Below, one piece after another: positions 1 to 7,377 of a stretch of 64,000 bases of DNA (the first letter of the stretch is position 1; every line of letters starts with the position of its first letter). This DNA is from a phage. The stretch lies in NCBI GenBank assembly GCA_038450185.1, contig GCA_038450185.1_4765.1, one strand, 5' to 3'. Position numbers and translations under genes: made by a program. The notes beneath the pieces were generated by a model. That model worked only from the letters and a program-made list of their open reading frames with translations. It had not been told where the DNA came from and did not search any database.

Positions 1-83
1 GTTCCATCTTCCAGTAATGCAGTACCGATTTCGTTAATGCGGTCATAAGTTACGTCGGTAATGATGATTTCGATGTTAGCCAT
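1..83 (-). CDS. hypothetical protein, N-terminal part only (gene runs past window start)
   Basis: ATG at 83 on minus strand with AGGAG SD; begins MANIEIIITDV; lies downstream of promoter cassette 120-148. Confidence 0.4.
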   Translation of the reverse strand, partial: MANIEIIITDVTYDRINEIGTALLEDG

Positions 84-119
84 TTGATACTCCTTAGTAG
101 TTCGTTTCGGTATGTGTGC

Positions 120-148
120 ATTATAGGGGATCACCGATCCCCTGTCAA
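120..148 (-). promoter_or_regulatory. sigma70-type early promoter cassette (TTGACA-17-TATAAT), palindromic spacer
   Basis: Minus strand reads TTGACA GGGGATCGGTGATCCCC TATAAT; coordinates span the -10 to -35 hexamers. Confidence 0.6.
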
Positions 149-155
149 CAACTTT

Positions 156-674
156 TTAGTTATTTTTTAATTGTTCATCTTGCAATAATGCAATCACATG
201 CTGGCGATGTTCTTCCGATTGAGGTACACCGAAAAAGTTTGTTTTGTAGAAATACTCTAATCGGTCTTCTCGTGTGCTCTCTTCCATCATGATCGCGGGT
301 AGTCCGAGATTTCGGAAACGTCGCTTTTCTGCTGGCGTAAAATCACTGTAATACAACATAGAATCATCATTACAAGCAATGCTAAACTCATCCTTCATAA
401 AGGAGAATATTGCGTTTAAACGCTGTTTACCGTCCACGATTTCGATCTCATAGCGAGAGCCATCATCAATCTTAGCCATTGCGATAGCACCAACCGGAAA
501 ATCATTAATCAGGTTTTCGATAAACATACGTTTGTTTTCGGTGTCCCATACTAAAGGACGCTGATAATCTGGGTTCATGTTGATATAGCCATCTTCTAAC
601 CATGCTTCGTAAACAGAGATGACAAAGTTTTTAGTATTGGTATAGTAACGGCGTTTAGGCGTTAAACGGTTCAT
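156..674 (-). CDS. DUF262 / ParB-like (GmrS N-terminal type) domain protein
   Basis: ORF track 156..710 trimmed to ATG at 674 with AGGAG SD; motifs DYQRPLVWD, FIENLINDFPVGAI, IVDGKQRL. Confidence 0.5.
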   Translation of the reverse strand: MNRLTPKRRYYTNTKNFVISVYEAWLEDGYINMNPDYQRPLVWDTENKRMFIENLINDFPVGAIAMAKIDDGSRYEIEIVDGKQRLNAIFSFMKDEFSIACNDDSMLYYSDFTPAEKRRFRNLGLPAIMMEESTREDRLEYFYKTNFFGVPQSEEHRQHVIALLQDEQLKNN

Positions 675-675
675 G

Positions 676-1008
676 TTATAGTCTCCTGAATGGATCATCA
701 CGTAAATCAATATCTTTTAAGAACTCATCCCATGAATGGCGGATATTGTTCTTAATTCTCCAGATGAGCGCAGGGATTGAACGCTCTCCCATCTGGAAGT
801 ATGGATCATATGATCCGTATGCCCAATATGCTACTACAATTCCACAATCAGAGCAATAGTATTCTATTTCACTTGCTGGCGACCAAAGTCCATCAATATG
901 ATCGGTGATCTTGCTTTCGATGTTATGGCTATGGCAATCAGGGCAACGGATGCAATGACCTTGTTTGTCGTAATTTGACGTTAGAGAATACTTAAACAAT
1001 CTCATCAT
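676..1008 (-). CDS. small zinc-finger protein (CxxCPDCH ... CSDC)
   Basis: ORF track; ATG at 1008 with AAGGA SD; stop overlaps start of downstream DUF262 gene. Confidence 0.5.
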   Translation of the reverse strand: MMRLFKYSLTSNYDKQGHCIRCPDCHSHNIESKITDHIDGLWSPASEIEYYCSDCGIVVAYWAYGSYDPYFQMGERSIPALIWRIKNNIRHSWDEFLKDIDLRDDPFRRL

Positions 1009-1721
1009 AGATCCTTATTGGCTTCAAATACTGCCTTTGCGAATCCTCGCGGGGTAAGCGACCTGATAGTCTTTGTTCTGGTTCCTTTCCCGCCTAGCTT
1101 AGAATGCTGTTTACTGTACCCTTTATTAATCTGCAAAGGTTTCTTTTCTGGCATTATAAAGCCTTGTCCGGTCCATAAGCAAGTCTTTTTTGGGTACATA
1201 TCACGGGCGGCAATATACTCAGGAAACGTAGGATGCTTATCATCTTCCGGCAAATAACCGCCATATTCCCACGGATGGAACATATAATCAGGCTTACGCC
1301 ACATGCTAGAGATAACGCTTACAGGATTCTCTATCATGTAGGGAACTCCTAGCCATTCACCCAAATAAGCGGTTATTTTAGCTGCCCGTACATCATGAAC
1401 TTGAATCAATGGTCCTTGTCCTCGTTTCTTTCGTTCAAAGTGCGCAGCGCCACTAACAGCTAAATTGGTGCACGGTGGGAATGCAAAGATAATATCCGGT
1501 TTCCCCCATTCAAGGTCCATTGCTCTTTCCAGCCAATTCAAATCAATCCATGTGTTTACATAAGTAATGTTTGGATGTTCAAATCGGGTATTATACTTTT
1601 TGTATGTGCCGTGATCGCCATCGTCAGCATTAAAGCAGATCACCTTATGACCTTCTTTAGCCCATTCTAGCCCCATTATCCCCGATCCGTCAAAGTTGCA
1701 GAATATTAATTTTTGTTTCAT
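1005..1721 (-). CDS. putative compact DNA (cytosine-5)-methyltransferase-like protein
   Basis: ORF track; motif I-like FCNFDGSG, motif IV-like FAFPPCTNLAVSG (catalytic Cys), motif VI-like MIENPV; only about 238 aa, so target-recognition region is short. Confidence 0.4.
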   Translation of the reverse strand: MKQKLIFCNFDGSGIMGLEWAKEGHKVICFNADDGDHGTYKKYNTRFEHPNITYVNTWIDLNWLERAMDLEWGKPDIIFAFPPCTNLAVSGAAHFERKKRGQGPLIQVHDVRAAKITAYLGEWLGVPYMIENPVSVISSMWRKPDYMFHPWEYGGYLPEDDKHPTFPEYIAARDMYPKKTCLWTGQGFIMPEKKPLQINKGYSKQHSKLGGKGTRTKTIRSLTPRGFAKAVFEANKDL

Positions 1722-1963
1722 ATACGCCCCTTTAATCCAACACAGATTTTAGAAGGTTCTTTGCCGTGCCACATTAAGTAAAGTCCGTTAATGCGGCCTT
1801 GTTTTGTATATGATTCTTTTCTGATCTTCTTATAGTGTCGTGTTTCCTCAACTGATTGTTTAGAATACCAATCATAAAGGAAGAGGCACAAAGGCCAACC
1901 ATTAGCGGCCTTAATGCAGTTATTAAGAAATTCCTTATTGCGTTTAATTAATTTTCTTTTCAC
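1718..1963 (-). CDS. hypothetical basic protein
   Basis: ORF track; apparent GTG start at 1963 overlapping upstream stop (GTGA). Confidence 0.3.
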   Translation of the reverse strand: MKRKLIKRNKEFLNNCIKAANGWPLCLFLYDWYSKQSVEETRHYKKIRKESYTKQGRINGLYLMWHGKEPSKICVGLKGRI

Positions 1964-2211
1964 GCTGCCCCCATTGGTTTGATAGTAACAGAATCTAAAA
2001 GACCTTTGTTAGCCAGTTCGCGGCAAGTTTTCAGATCCGCAACTTCCCAGCCAGCCGCAATCAGGTTGTCAATGAGGCTGTTAGCAACTTCTTCGCTCAT
2101 GAAAGAGCACTGTTTGCCGATGGTGTAGCGTACACGCTGTAATTTCAGTTTACGGAAGCCTTTAACGTTCAGGTCTTTAGCGATTTTCTTTGCGGTTTCG
2201 ATGTTAGCCAT
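1960..2211 (-). CDS. hypothetical early protein
   Basis: ORF track; ATG at 2211, GGAGAATCAAA-type RBS, promoter cassette directly upstream. Confidence 0.5.
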   Translation of the reverse strand: MANIETAKKIAKDLNVKGFRKLKLQRVRYTIGKQCSFMSEEVANSLIDNLIAAGWEVADLKTCRELANKGLLDSVTIKPMGAA

Positions 2212-2251
2212 TGTTTGATTCTCCTAAGTGGTATCTCGTCTTGATGGTTGT

Positions 2252-2280
2252 ATTGTAGGGGAGTTATCCTCCCCTGTCAA
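2252..2280 (-). promoter_or_regulatory. early promoter cassette (TTGACA-17-TACAAT), palindromic spacer
   Basis: Spacer GGGGAGGATAACTCCCC on minus strand. Confidence 0.55.
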
Positions 2281-2294
2281 CACTTTTTATAAAA

Positions 2295-2462
2295 TTATTT
2301 GTTAATTTCTGGTGCGTTGCTCGGATAGTAACCTTCTTTAACACCCAGATATTTTGCAACCATCCCTACAATCTTCTGTGCTACTACAATGTCAAATTTC
2401 AGATAATCTTCGCCGTGGGTTTCAATGATATATGCTTCACATGCTGCTTTAGTCTCGAACAT
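2295..2462 (-). CDS. hypothetical small protein (paralogue of 6038..6205)
   Basis: ORF track 2295..2528 trimmed to ATG at 2462 (MFETKAACEAY); near-identical to 6038..6205. Confidence 0.5.
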   Translation of the reverse strand: MFETKAACEAYIIETHGEDYLKFDIVVAQKIVGMVAKYLGVKEGYYPSNAPEINK

Positions 2463-2495
2463 TTTGATTCTCCTATTTCGTTTCGTTATGTGTGT

Positions 2496-2525
2496 ATTAT
2501 AGGGGATCGGTGATCCCCTTGTCAA
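2496..2525 (-). promoter_or_regulatory. early promoter cassette (TTGACA-18-TATAAT), palindromic spacer
   Basis: Spacer contains GGGGATCACCGATCCCC. Confidence 0.55.
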
Positions 2526-2540
2526 CAACTTTTTTTAAAA

Positions 2541-2822
2541 TTATTCGTGATTAGTTTCGATGTTGTGCATTTTGCACCAGTTCAGCCAGTCGCCCAGATC
2601 TTGATAGTTGATGCTTTTATCTGCTGCCATCGTTTTTGTCTTGATACCCATATGTGCGTTATGAGTAAGCATTTTTACAGTGAACTCGATTTTATCGCCT
2701 TTAGCTTTAACATCAACCAGTTTGGTCCACTGGCTACCAGCGCCGCGAATGTTCATACCAACGATGTTTCCGATGTATGCTTCTTTGTTTTTCAGGATTT
2801 CGGTTGCTTTGATGAATTTCAT
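2541..2822 (-). CDS. hypothetical early protein
   Basis: ORF track; ATG at 2822 with GGAG RBS; promoter cassette upstream. Confidence 0.5.
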   Translation of the reverse strand: MKFIKATEILKNKEAYIGNIVGMNIRGAGSQWTKLVDVKAKGDKIEFTVKMLTHNAHMGIKTKTMAADKSINYQDLGDWLNWCKMHNIETNHE

Positions 2823-2855
2823 TTTTGGTTCTCCAGTTCGTTTCGGTATGGGTGT

Positions 2856-2884
2856 ATTATGCTATGTTCTTACTTTGGTGTCAA
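2856..2884 (-). promoter_or_regulatory. early promoter cassette (TTGACA-17-CATAAT)
   Basis: tgtcaa and attatg hexamers on plus strand at correct spacing upstream of gene starting 2822. Confidence 0.5.
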
Positions 2885-2892
2885 CAACTTTT

Positions 2893-3162
2893 TTAGATAT
2901 TTTCAGAAATAAATTTTAAAACTTGACGTAAATGTTTCTCATCTTTGATAGTCGCCGGAAGTTCTTCTTTTACTTCCTGTGCAAGATAGATATTTCCGTT
3001 CCAAGTGAAAGATCCGTCTTCGTTTACGCGATAGCTGAACATCCACTCGCAATCATTTTCGATTTCATATACACACAGAAGGGTGTAATCGTTAAAGCTA
3101 GTGATTTCAAGGTCGAAGCCGTGACGTTTTGCAAAGTTGGTAGTGGTTTTAGTCAGAGCCAT
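2893..3162 (-). CDS. hypothetical early protein
   Basis: ORF track; ATG at 3162; promoter cassette upstream. Confidence 0.5.
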   Translation of the reverse strand: MALTKTTTNFAKRHGFDLEITSFNDYTLLCVYEIENDCEWMFSYRVNEDGSFTWNGNIYLAQEVKEELPATIKDEKHLRQVLKFISENI

Positions 3163-3202
3163 TGTTTGATTCTCCTAAGTGGTATCTCGTTTCGATGTGT
3201 GT

Positions 3203-3231
3203 ATTATGCTATAGGCCGGATCTGGTGTCAA
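3203..3231 (-). promoter_or_regulatory. early promoter cassette (TTGACA-17-CATAAT)
   Basis: Same gtattatgctat...gtgtcaa module as 2856 and 3691. Confidence 0.5.
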
Positions 3232-3240
3232 TGCCTTTTT

Positions 3241-3266
3241 TAAAAAAGCCGACACTAAGGTCGGCA
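3241..3266 (-). terminator. intrinsic terminator
   Basis: GCCGAC-actaag-GTCGGC hairpin flanked by A-run (T-run on minus strand). Confidence 0.55.
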
Positions 3267-3270
3267 CATT

Positions 3271-3525
3271 TTAAAAATTCTTGCTATATATGCAAGCCTC
3301 ATAATCTAGAGGATGACCGCCAATCCTACCCGGCTTAATATTCCAACCGCATCGATATTTGCTGACCATGCTAACAGTTTCGGTTCTTAGAGCATTTCTT
3401 TGCAAATCATACCCCCTAAATTCTTGTCTATAAGGACAGTCCGCTTTGCAAGTTGGCGGTTCTACGTCATTTAGAGGGTCGGAAGCAGTTGGCTTTATTA
3501 TCAATTCTTTGTTTGCAATAATCAT
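3271..3525 (-). CDS. hypothetical protein (start uncertain)
   Basis: ORF track 3271..3588 starts on TTG; first in-frame ATG at 3525 overlaps 3467..3658 in another frame; a short 32-aa product from ATG 3369 is also possible. Confidence 0.25.
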   Translation of the reverse strand: MIIANKELIIKPTASDPLNDVEPPTCKADCPYRQEFRGYDLQRNALRTETVSMVSKYRCGWNIKPGRIGGHPLDYEACIYSKNF

Positions 3526-3658
3526 AAGCACATCCCATTGAAGACAATTTAACATCTTCGCAATAAGTGTTGAATCCGTCAAATACAATCACTTCGTATT
3601 TGACTCCATCAGCGATAGCTTTTACTTTATACCATCCATGCTTGTATAAAATCTTCAT
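3467..3658 (-). CDS. hypothetical small Cys-rich protein
   Basis: ORF track; ATG at 3658; promoter cassette upstream. Confidence 0.5.
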   Translation of the reverse strand: MKILYKHGWYKVKAIADGVKYEVIVFDGFNTYCEDVKLSSMGCAYDYCKQRIDNKANCFRPSK

Positions 3659-3690
3659 CTTTATTTCCTCAATCTCGTTTCGATGGGTGT

Positions 3691-3719
3691 ATTATGCTAT
3701 AGTCGTGATCTGGTGTCAA
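3691..3719 (-). promoter_or_regulatory. early promoter cassette (TTGACA-17-CATAAT)
   Basis: Hexamers at correct spacing upstream of gene starting 3658. Confidence 0.5.
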
Positions 3720-3743
3720 TGCCTTTTTTAAAATTTTATGCAA

Positions 3744-3768
3744 TAAAAAAGCCGACACTAAGGTCGGC
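3744..3768 (-). terminator. intrinsic terminator (second copy of the 3241 element)
   Basis: Same GCCGACACTAAGGTCGGC hairpin preceded by AAAAAA. Confidence 0.55.
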
Positions 3769-3776
3769 TAATGAAA

Positions 3777-4082
3777 TCATTTAGACAAATAATCATTCTG
3801 TGCAATCCGGTCAGCATGTTCCGGCGTTACGTCAATTGCAATCACTTTAACGCGCGCTTTCTTGACTGAATTTTCTCGTAGCCAGTGCGTGTGACCGTGC
3901 ACATTTTTATACTTTGATGCTTTTTCGAAAGTACGGATCGGACCTGGGTAATCAGCGTAAAGGATCTCTAGGTCTTCTGTGATGTAAAAATATACATCAT
4001 AATTACTGTTCTCTAGTTTAAGCAGAGACTTTCGGAACATTGGGAGATTTTCGCGGGTAAATTCAAAGATATTATCTTTCAT
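3777..4082 (-). CDS. hypothetical protein, HxHxHW family paralogue
   Basis: ORF track 3777..4229 trimmed to ATG 4082 with GAGGA SD; motifs YITEDLEILY, HGHTHW, VIAIDV. Confidence 0.5.
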   Translation of the reverse strand: MKDNIFEFTRENLPMFRKSLLKLENSNYDVYFYITEDLEILYADYPGPIRTFEKASKYKNVHGHTHWLRENSVKKARVKVIAIDVTPEHADRIAQNDYLSK

Positions 4083-4131
4083 AGTATTATCCTCAATAGT
4101 TGGATGAAAAGGGGGCTTAACGCCCCGTATA

Positions 4132-4419
4132 TTAAAACAGTCCTTCCTGTACACCGTAGTAGAGTTCATCGCTGATAATTTCATTAATGCGACGGTGTGC
4201 ATATTCCTGATTTGCGAAGTTGTCAGCAAGTTCTACTTTAGTTTCGCCGTCATGAGTCCATTTAGTGATAACTTTACCATCTGCAAATTTGAAGTTGAAC
4301 TCTTTAGCTACTGCATCGCGTACCAGACGTGCAAACTTATTGTTGCGGATTGCATTGTCGGTTTCGTGTGCAGCGTGAGCGAATTTGTTAACTTTCAGGG
4401 TGATAGTAATGTATGCCAT
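4132..4419 (-). CDS. hypothetical early protein
   Basis: ORF track; ATG at 4419; promoter cassette upstream. Confidence 0.5.
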   Translation of the reverse strand: MAYITITLKVNKFAHAAHETDNAIRNNKFARLVRDAVAKEFNFKFADGKVITKWTHDGETKVELADNFANQEYAHRRINEIISDELYYGVQEGLF

Positions 4420-4465
4420 AATTTGATTCTCCTAGTTAGAAAGTGTATCTCGTTTCGATGGGTGT

Positions 4466-4494
4466 ATTATGCTATACACCCAACCTCATGTCAA
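4466..4494 (-). promoter_or_regulatory. early promoter cassette (TTGACA-17-CATAAT)
   Basis: Hexamers at correct spacing upstream of gene starting 4419. Confidence 0.5.
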
Positions 4495-4500
4495 CACTTT

Positions 4501-4779
4501 TTATAAAATAATTTTTTGATATTTTTCTATGATGTTCGTGTAATTCACATCAACCGCTAGCACCGTTGCTTCGAATCCACCGTTTAGCCAATGGCTATGA
4601 TCGTGATCGTGAAAGAAACCTAGACCAGTACGAAGACCTTCTTTATATTCGGCGCGTACATTTAGATCATCATCGATAAACAGATAAAACCATGAATTTT
4701 TACTAGGATTGATGATACAACCTTTCAGATTCGGGAGAATATCACGACTAAGAATAAACTTATCACCTACTTTGAACAT
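4501..4779 (-). CDS. hypothetical protein, HxHxHW family paralogue
   Basis: ORF track 4501..4869 trimmed to ATG 4779 with GTGAGGA SD; motifs FIDDDLNV, HDHDHSHW, VLAVDV. Confidence 0.5.
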   Translation of the reverse strand: MFKVGDKFILSRDILPNLKGCIINPSKNSWFYLFIDDDLNVRAEYKEGLRTGLGFFHDHDHSHWLNGGFEATVLAVDVNYTNIIEKYQKIIL

Positions 4780-4793
4780 AATATTTTCCTCAC

Positions 4794-5102
4794 TTATAAA
4801 GTTTGACCGTTGTTTTTCGCGTAATGCTGAATGCGTGCTTGATCTGCTTCCGATGGTGATAGATTCCATGCAACCACTACAACTTCTGAAGCATCGTCAT
4901 CCGTTTCTGATACCCAATGATTGTGATTCATACAGTTATTTGCTATCGAGTGAGCAAATGATTTCATCACTGGAGACGTATAATCATAGTAACGGATTTT
5001 CAGATTTTCATCAACATACAAGTAGATCGTATACGGCTTATATTCAGTAACCAATAACAGACAGTTACGCAATTCTGGGAAAATCTTTTTAGTTAATTTC
5101 AT
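4794..5102 (-). CDS. hypothetical protein, HxHxHW family paralogue
   Basis: ORF track; motifs YVDENLKIRYYD, NHNHW, VVVAW. Confidence 0.5.
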   Translation of the reverse strand: MKLTKKIFPELRNCLLLVTEYKPYTIYLYVDENLKIRYYDYTSPVMKSFAHSIANNCMNHNHWVSETDDDASEVVVVAWNLSPSEADQARIQHYAKNNGQTL

Positions 5103-5304
5103 ATTCTAGTTCTCCGTAATACACGGTAATCCATTTTTCTTCATACTTTGTATCTTTCCAGCACACAATCCCGTTTACTGTGCAATCTTTGGAATTGACG
5201 AATGATTCATATTGTTCTGCATCTTCCATCATTTCATGAGCGGTCTTTTCATCGAATATATCGCAGATCGCTTTATATGCTCGATAATCTTTAAATTTGC
5301 TCAT
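5089..5304 (-). CDS. hypothetical small protein (tandem paralogue of 5307..5516)
   Basis: ORF track 5089..5316 trimmed to ATG 5304; shares MSKFKDY..AY N-terminus with neighbour. Confidence 0.4.
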   Translation of the reverse strand: MSKFKDYRAYKAICDIFDEKTAHEMMEDAEQYESFVNSKDCTVNGIVCWKDTKYEEKWITVYYGELEYEIN

Positions 5305-5306
5305 AA

Positions 5307-5516
5307 TTAACACCACTCAAGAGTTTTTGAAAACACATCTATCCATTGTTGAGTATATGCGGTTTCTTTCCATGACACAATACCAGTCGAATAATGGTTT
5401 TTGTTTCCAGAAAAGGACGGGCATTTTGATGCATCTTCCATCATCTTTTCGGCGAACTCTGGTGCGTATACTCGCAGGATCTGTTGATATGCTTTATAGT
5501 CTTTAAATTTGCTCAT
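5307..5516 (-). CDS. hypothetical small protein (tandem paralogue of 5089..5304)
   Basis: ORF track; ATG at 5516. Confidence 0.45.
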   Translation of the reverse strand: MSKFKDYKAYQQILRVYAPEFAEKMMEDASKCPSFSGNKNHYSTGIVSWKETAYTQQWIDVFSKTLEWC

Positions 5517-5781
5517 AATCGTTAACTACCTTATCAGCTTCTTTTATTGTTTTTACATCAACTGCGATAATCCGTAAAGGTTCGTCGAAGGTCCACCAAT
5601 GATCGTGAATATCAGCTTGTGATTTATCACCAAAGGAATCACGAATATCATTTTTACATTTATAGCTAATGTGACCGTCATAGTCAACATAAAGGTAATT
5701 ATCGAAAATCGGCGTTTTTAAGATCATACCGAAAAATCTTTCTTTGTGTGTCTTATCCAGTGTTGCAGTAATTCGCATCAT
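5503..5781 (-). CDS. hypothetical protein, HxHxHW family paralogue
   Basis: ORF track; ATG 5781 with AGAGGA SD; motifs YVDYDGHISY, HDHWW, IIAVDV. Confidence 0.5.
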   Translation of the reverse strand: MMRITATLDKTHKERFFGMILKTPIFDNYLYVDYDGHISYKCKNDIRDSFGDKSQADIHDHWWTFDEPLRIIAVDVKTIKEADKVVNDYEQI

Positions 5782-5793
5782 AATATATTCCTC

Positions 5794-5973
5794 TTAGAAA
5801 GGGATGGTCATTTCTTGAGCTTGTACATTCTCGTTAGGATTAAACTTCATCCAACCGATATTGTCTACCAGCATATGTACATTTTTATCATATCCTACGT
5901 GAGTAGTCAACACTAAATGTGCTTTACCTTCAACGATGATTTCCATGTACTTCTGAACTTCGATAGCTTTCAT
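5794..5973 (-). CDS. hypothetical 59-aa protein (below ORF-track size cutoff)
   Basis: Hand translation: ATG at 5973 after GGAGAATCAAA RBS, MKAIEVQKYMEIIVEG..., stop at 5794-5796; promoter cassette upstream. Confidence 0.4.
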   Translation of the reverse strand: MKAIEVQKYMEIIVEGKAHLVLTTHVGYDKNVHMLVDNIGWMKFNPNENVQAQEMTIPF

Positions 5974-6005
5974 TTTGATTCTCCGTTTGTTGTCTTGATG
6001 GGAGT

Positions 6006-6034
6006 ATATTACTACTCCCTTTAATCATTGTCAA
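6006..6034 (-). promoter_or_regulatory. early promoter cassette (TTGACA-17-TAATAT) with palindrome across -10
   Basis: GGGAGTATATTACTACTCCC palindrome overlaps the -10 box. Confidence 0.45.
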
Positions 6035-6037
6035 CTA

Positions 6038-6205
6038 TTATTTGTTAATTTCCGGTGCGTTGCTCGGATAGTAACCTTCTTTAACACCCAGATATTTCGC
6101 AACCATTCCGGTGATCTTCTGTGCTACTACGATATCGAATTTCAGGTAGTCTTCACCGTGGTTTGCTACAATGTATGCTTCGCATTCTGCTTTAGTCTGG
6201 AACAT
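6038..6205 (-). CDS. hypothetical small protein (paralogue of 2295..2462)
   Basis: ORF track 6038..6241 trimmed to ATG 6205 (MFQTKAECEAY). Confidence 0.5.
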   Translation of the reverse strand: MFQTKAECEAYIVANHGEDYLKFDIVVAQKITGMVAKYLGVKEGYYPSNAPEINK

Positions 6206-6239
6206 TTTTGATTCTCCTATATCTCGTTGGTATGTGTGC

Positions 6240-6268
6240 ATTATAGGGGATCACCGATCCCCTGTCAA
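6240..6268 (-). promoter_or_regulatory. early promoter cassette (TTGACA-17-TATAAT), palindromic spacer
   Basis: About 45 bp identical to the cassette at 111-155. Confidence 0.6.
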
Positions 6269-6276
6269 CAACTTTT

Positions 6277-6579
6277 TTATTCTTCGTCTTTATCTTTATA
6301 TGCGTATTTCATAAATTTGTCTGCTACTTCATCGGCATGTTCCGATTCTACGTCGGATTCGAGAACAATAGCAAGATCGGTTTCGTCGTTTCCGTCATAC
6401 CAATGATTATGAGTATCGTTTTCTTCGATATAGAATGAGTCATTTGGAGTTGGACGACAATATACATCTAAATTCTCATCGATGTAAAAGATCCAATCTT
6501 CGTAAAGAATAACCGTATTAGCCAGATTTTTATTGCCTTCAACGAAAGGTTCAGCTACAAATAGCTTAGTTTGTTCCAT
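6277..6579 (-). CDS. hypothetical protein, HxHxHW family paralogue
   Basis: ORF track 6277..6636 trimmed to ATG 6579 with GAGGAAAA SD; motifs YIDENLDVY, THNHW, LAIVLESDV. Confidence 0.5.
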   Translation of the reverse strand: MEQTKLFVAEPFVEGNKNLANTVILYEDWIFYIDENLDVYCRPTPNDSFYIEENDTHNHWYDGNDETDLAIVLESDVESEHADEVADKFMKYAYKDKDEE

Positions 6580-6595
6580 AATATTTTCCTCAAAA

Positions 6596-6787
6596 TTATA
6601 CAGCTTCGTAAACTTCCCAATGTTCAGCGCCAGCACGCTTAACGAAAAGGTTTTCTTTGATGTTATTCATAAACGTCTGGATGGATTTAATGCGGTTGGA
6701 AGGTTTCCAGTCTTCGTTAGCATTTCGGCGATACATTATAACATTACCAGATCGCTTATATTCAGCAACCATTTTAAGACCACACAT
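6596..6787 (-). CDS. hypothetical small protein
   Basis: ORF track; ATG at 6787 with GAGGA SD. Confidence 0.45.
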   Translation of the reverse strand: MCGLKMVAEYKRSGNVIMYRRNANEDWKPSNRIKSIQTFMNNIKENLFVKRAGAEHWEVYEAV

Positions 6788-6843
6788 AATATTATCCTCA
6801 ATTTGTGGGAGAGTATTACCCTCCAGATTATTGTTATACTACA

Positions 6844-7146
6844 TTACGCAAAATGGCGTGTCAATGCTTCTTTTGCTGTTCCGCTAAGATTCTCGATCTC
6901 TCCTGGCATAACATCAACCGCCAGAACTTCTACAACATCCTCTGATCCTAACCAGTGAGTATGACCTTTGTAGAACTTGATATCCCATTTATCGCTATCG
7001 CTAGCCCACCACACATCACCGTCGATAAAGTTGATGTAAAGCACACTACGACACATTGAATTAATTACTTTCAATACTGCGCCTTTCATATCTTCCACGG
7101 TATGGTCTTCCATTTTGAAGACCTCACCTACCTGAACTTTTGCCAT
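6844..7146 (-). CDS. hypothetical protein, HxHxHW family paralogue
   Basis: ORF track; motifs FIDGDVWW, KGHTHW, VLAVDV. Confidence 0.5.
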   Translation of the reverse strand: MAKVQVGEVFKMEDHTVEDMKGAVLKVINSMCRSVLYINFIDGDVWWASDSDKWDIKFYKGHTHWLGSEDVVEVLAVDVMPGEIENLSGTAKEALTRHFA

Positions 7147-7163
7147 TTAGTCACCTCTCTTTA

Positions 7164-7343
7164 TTACATAACAATCACGCCAGCCGTTGAAAGTTGATGT
7201 TTCAACTGAGCATTTTCTGCTACTGTCAAATCAATGATTTCTTGTGACGCTGCAATCATATAGCCATTGGTGATATTGTTTTTCATCAGTTCAATGGTTT
7301 CTTCGTTGTAGCGGATTTTAGCGATGATTTCGTTGAAGTTCAT
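7164..7343 (-). CDS. hypothetical small protein
   Basis: ORF track 7164..7445 trimmed to ATG 7343 (MNFNEIIAKI) with GGAGAATCAA RBS; promoter cassette upstream. Confidence 0.45.
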   Translation of the reverse strand: MNFNEIIAKIRYNEETIELMKNNITNGYMIAASQEIIDLTVAENAQLKHQLSTAGVIVM

Positions 7344-7377
7344 AATTGATTCTCCTAGTTCGTTTCGGTATGTGTGT

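Noticed and set aside
3271-3588. Full-length 105-aa ORF from the track
   Set aside because: Track start is a TTG and most of the ORF overlaps 3467..3658 in another frame; only a shorter product is plausible, so it is reported with low confidence.
6533-6958. 141-aa plus-strand ORF
   Set aside because: Overlaps three minus-strand genes that have promoters and RBSs; no start context of its own.
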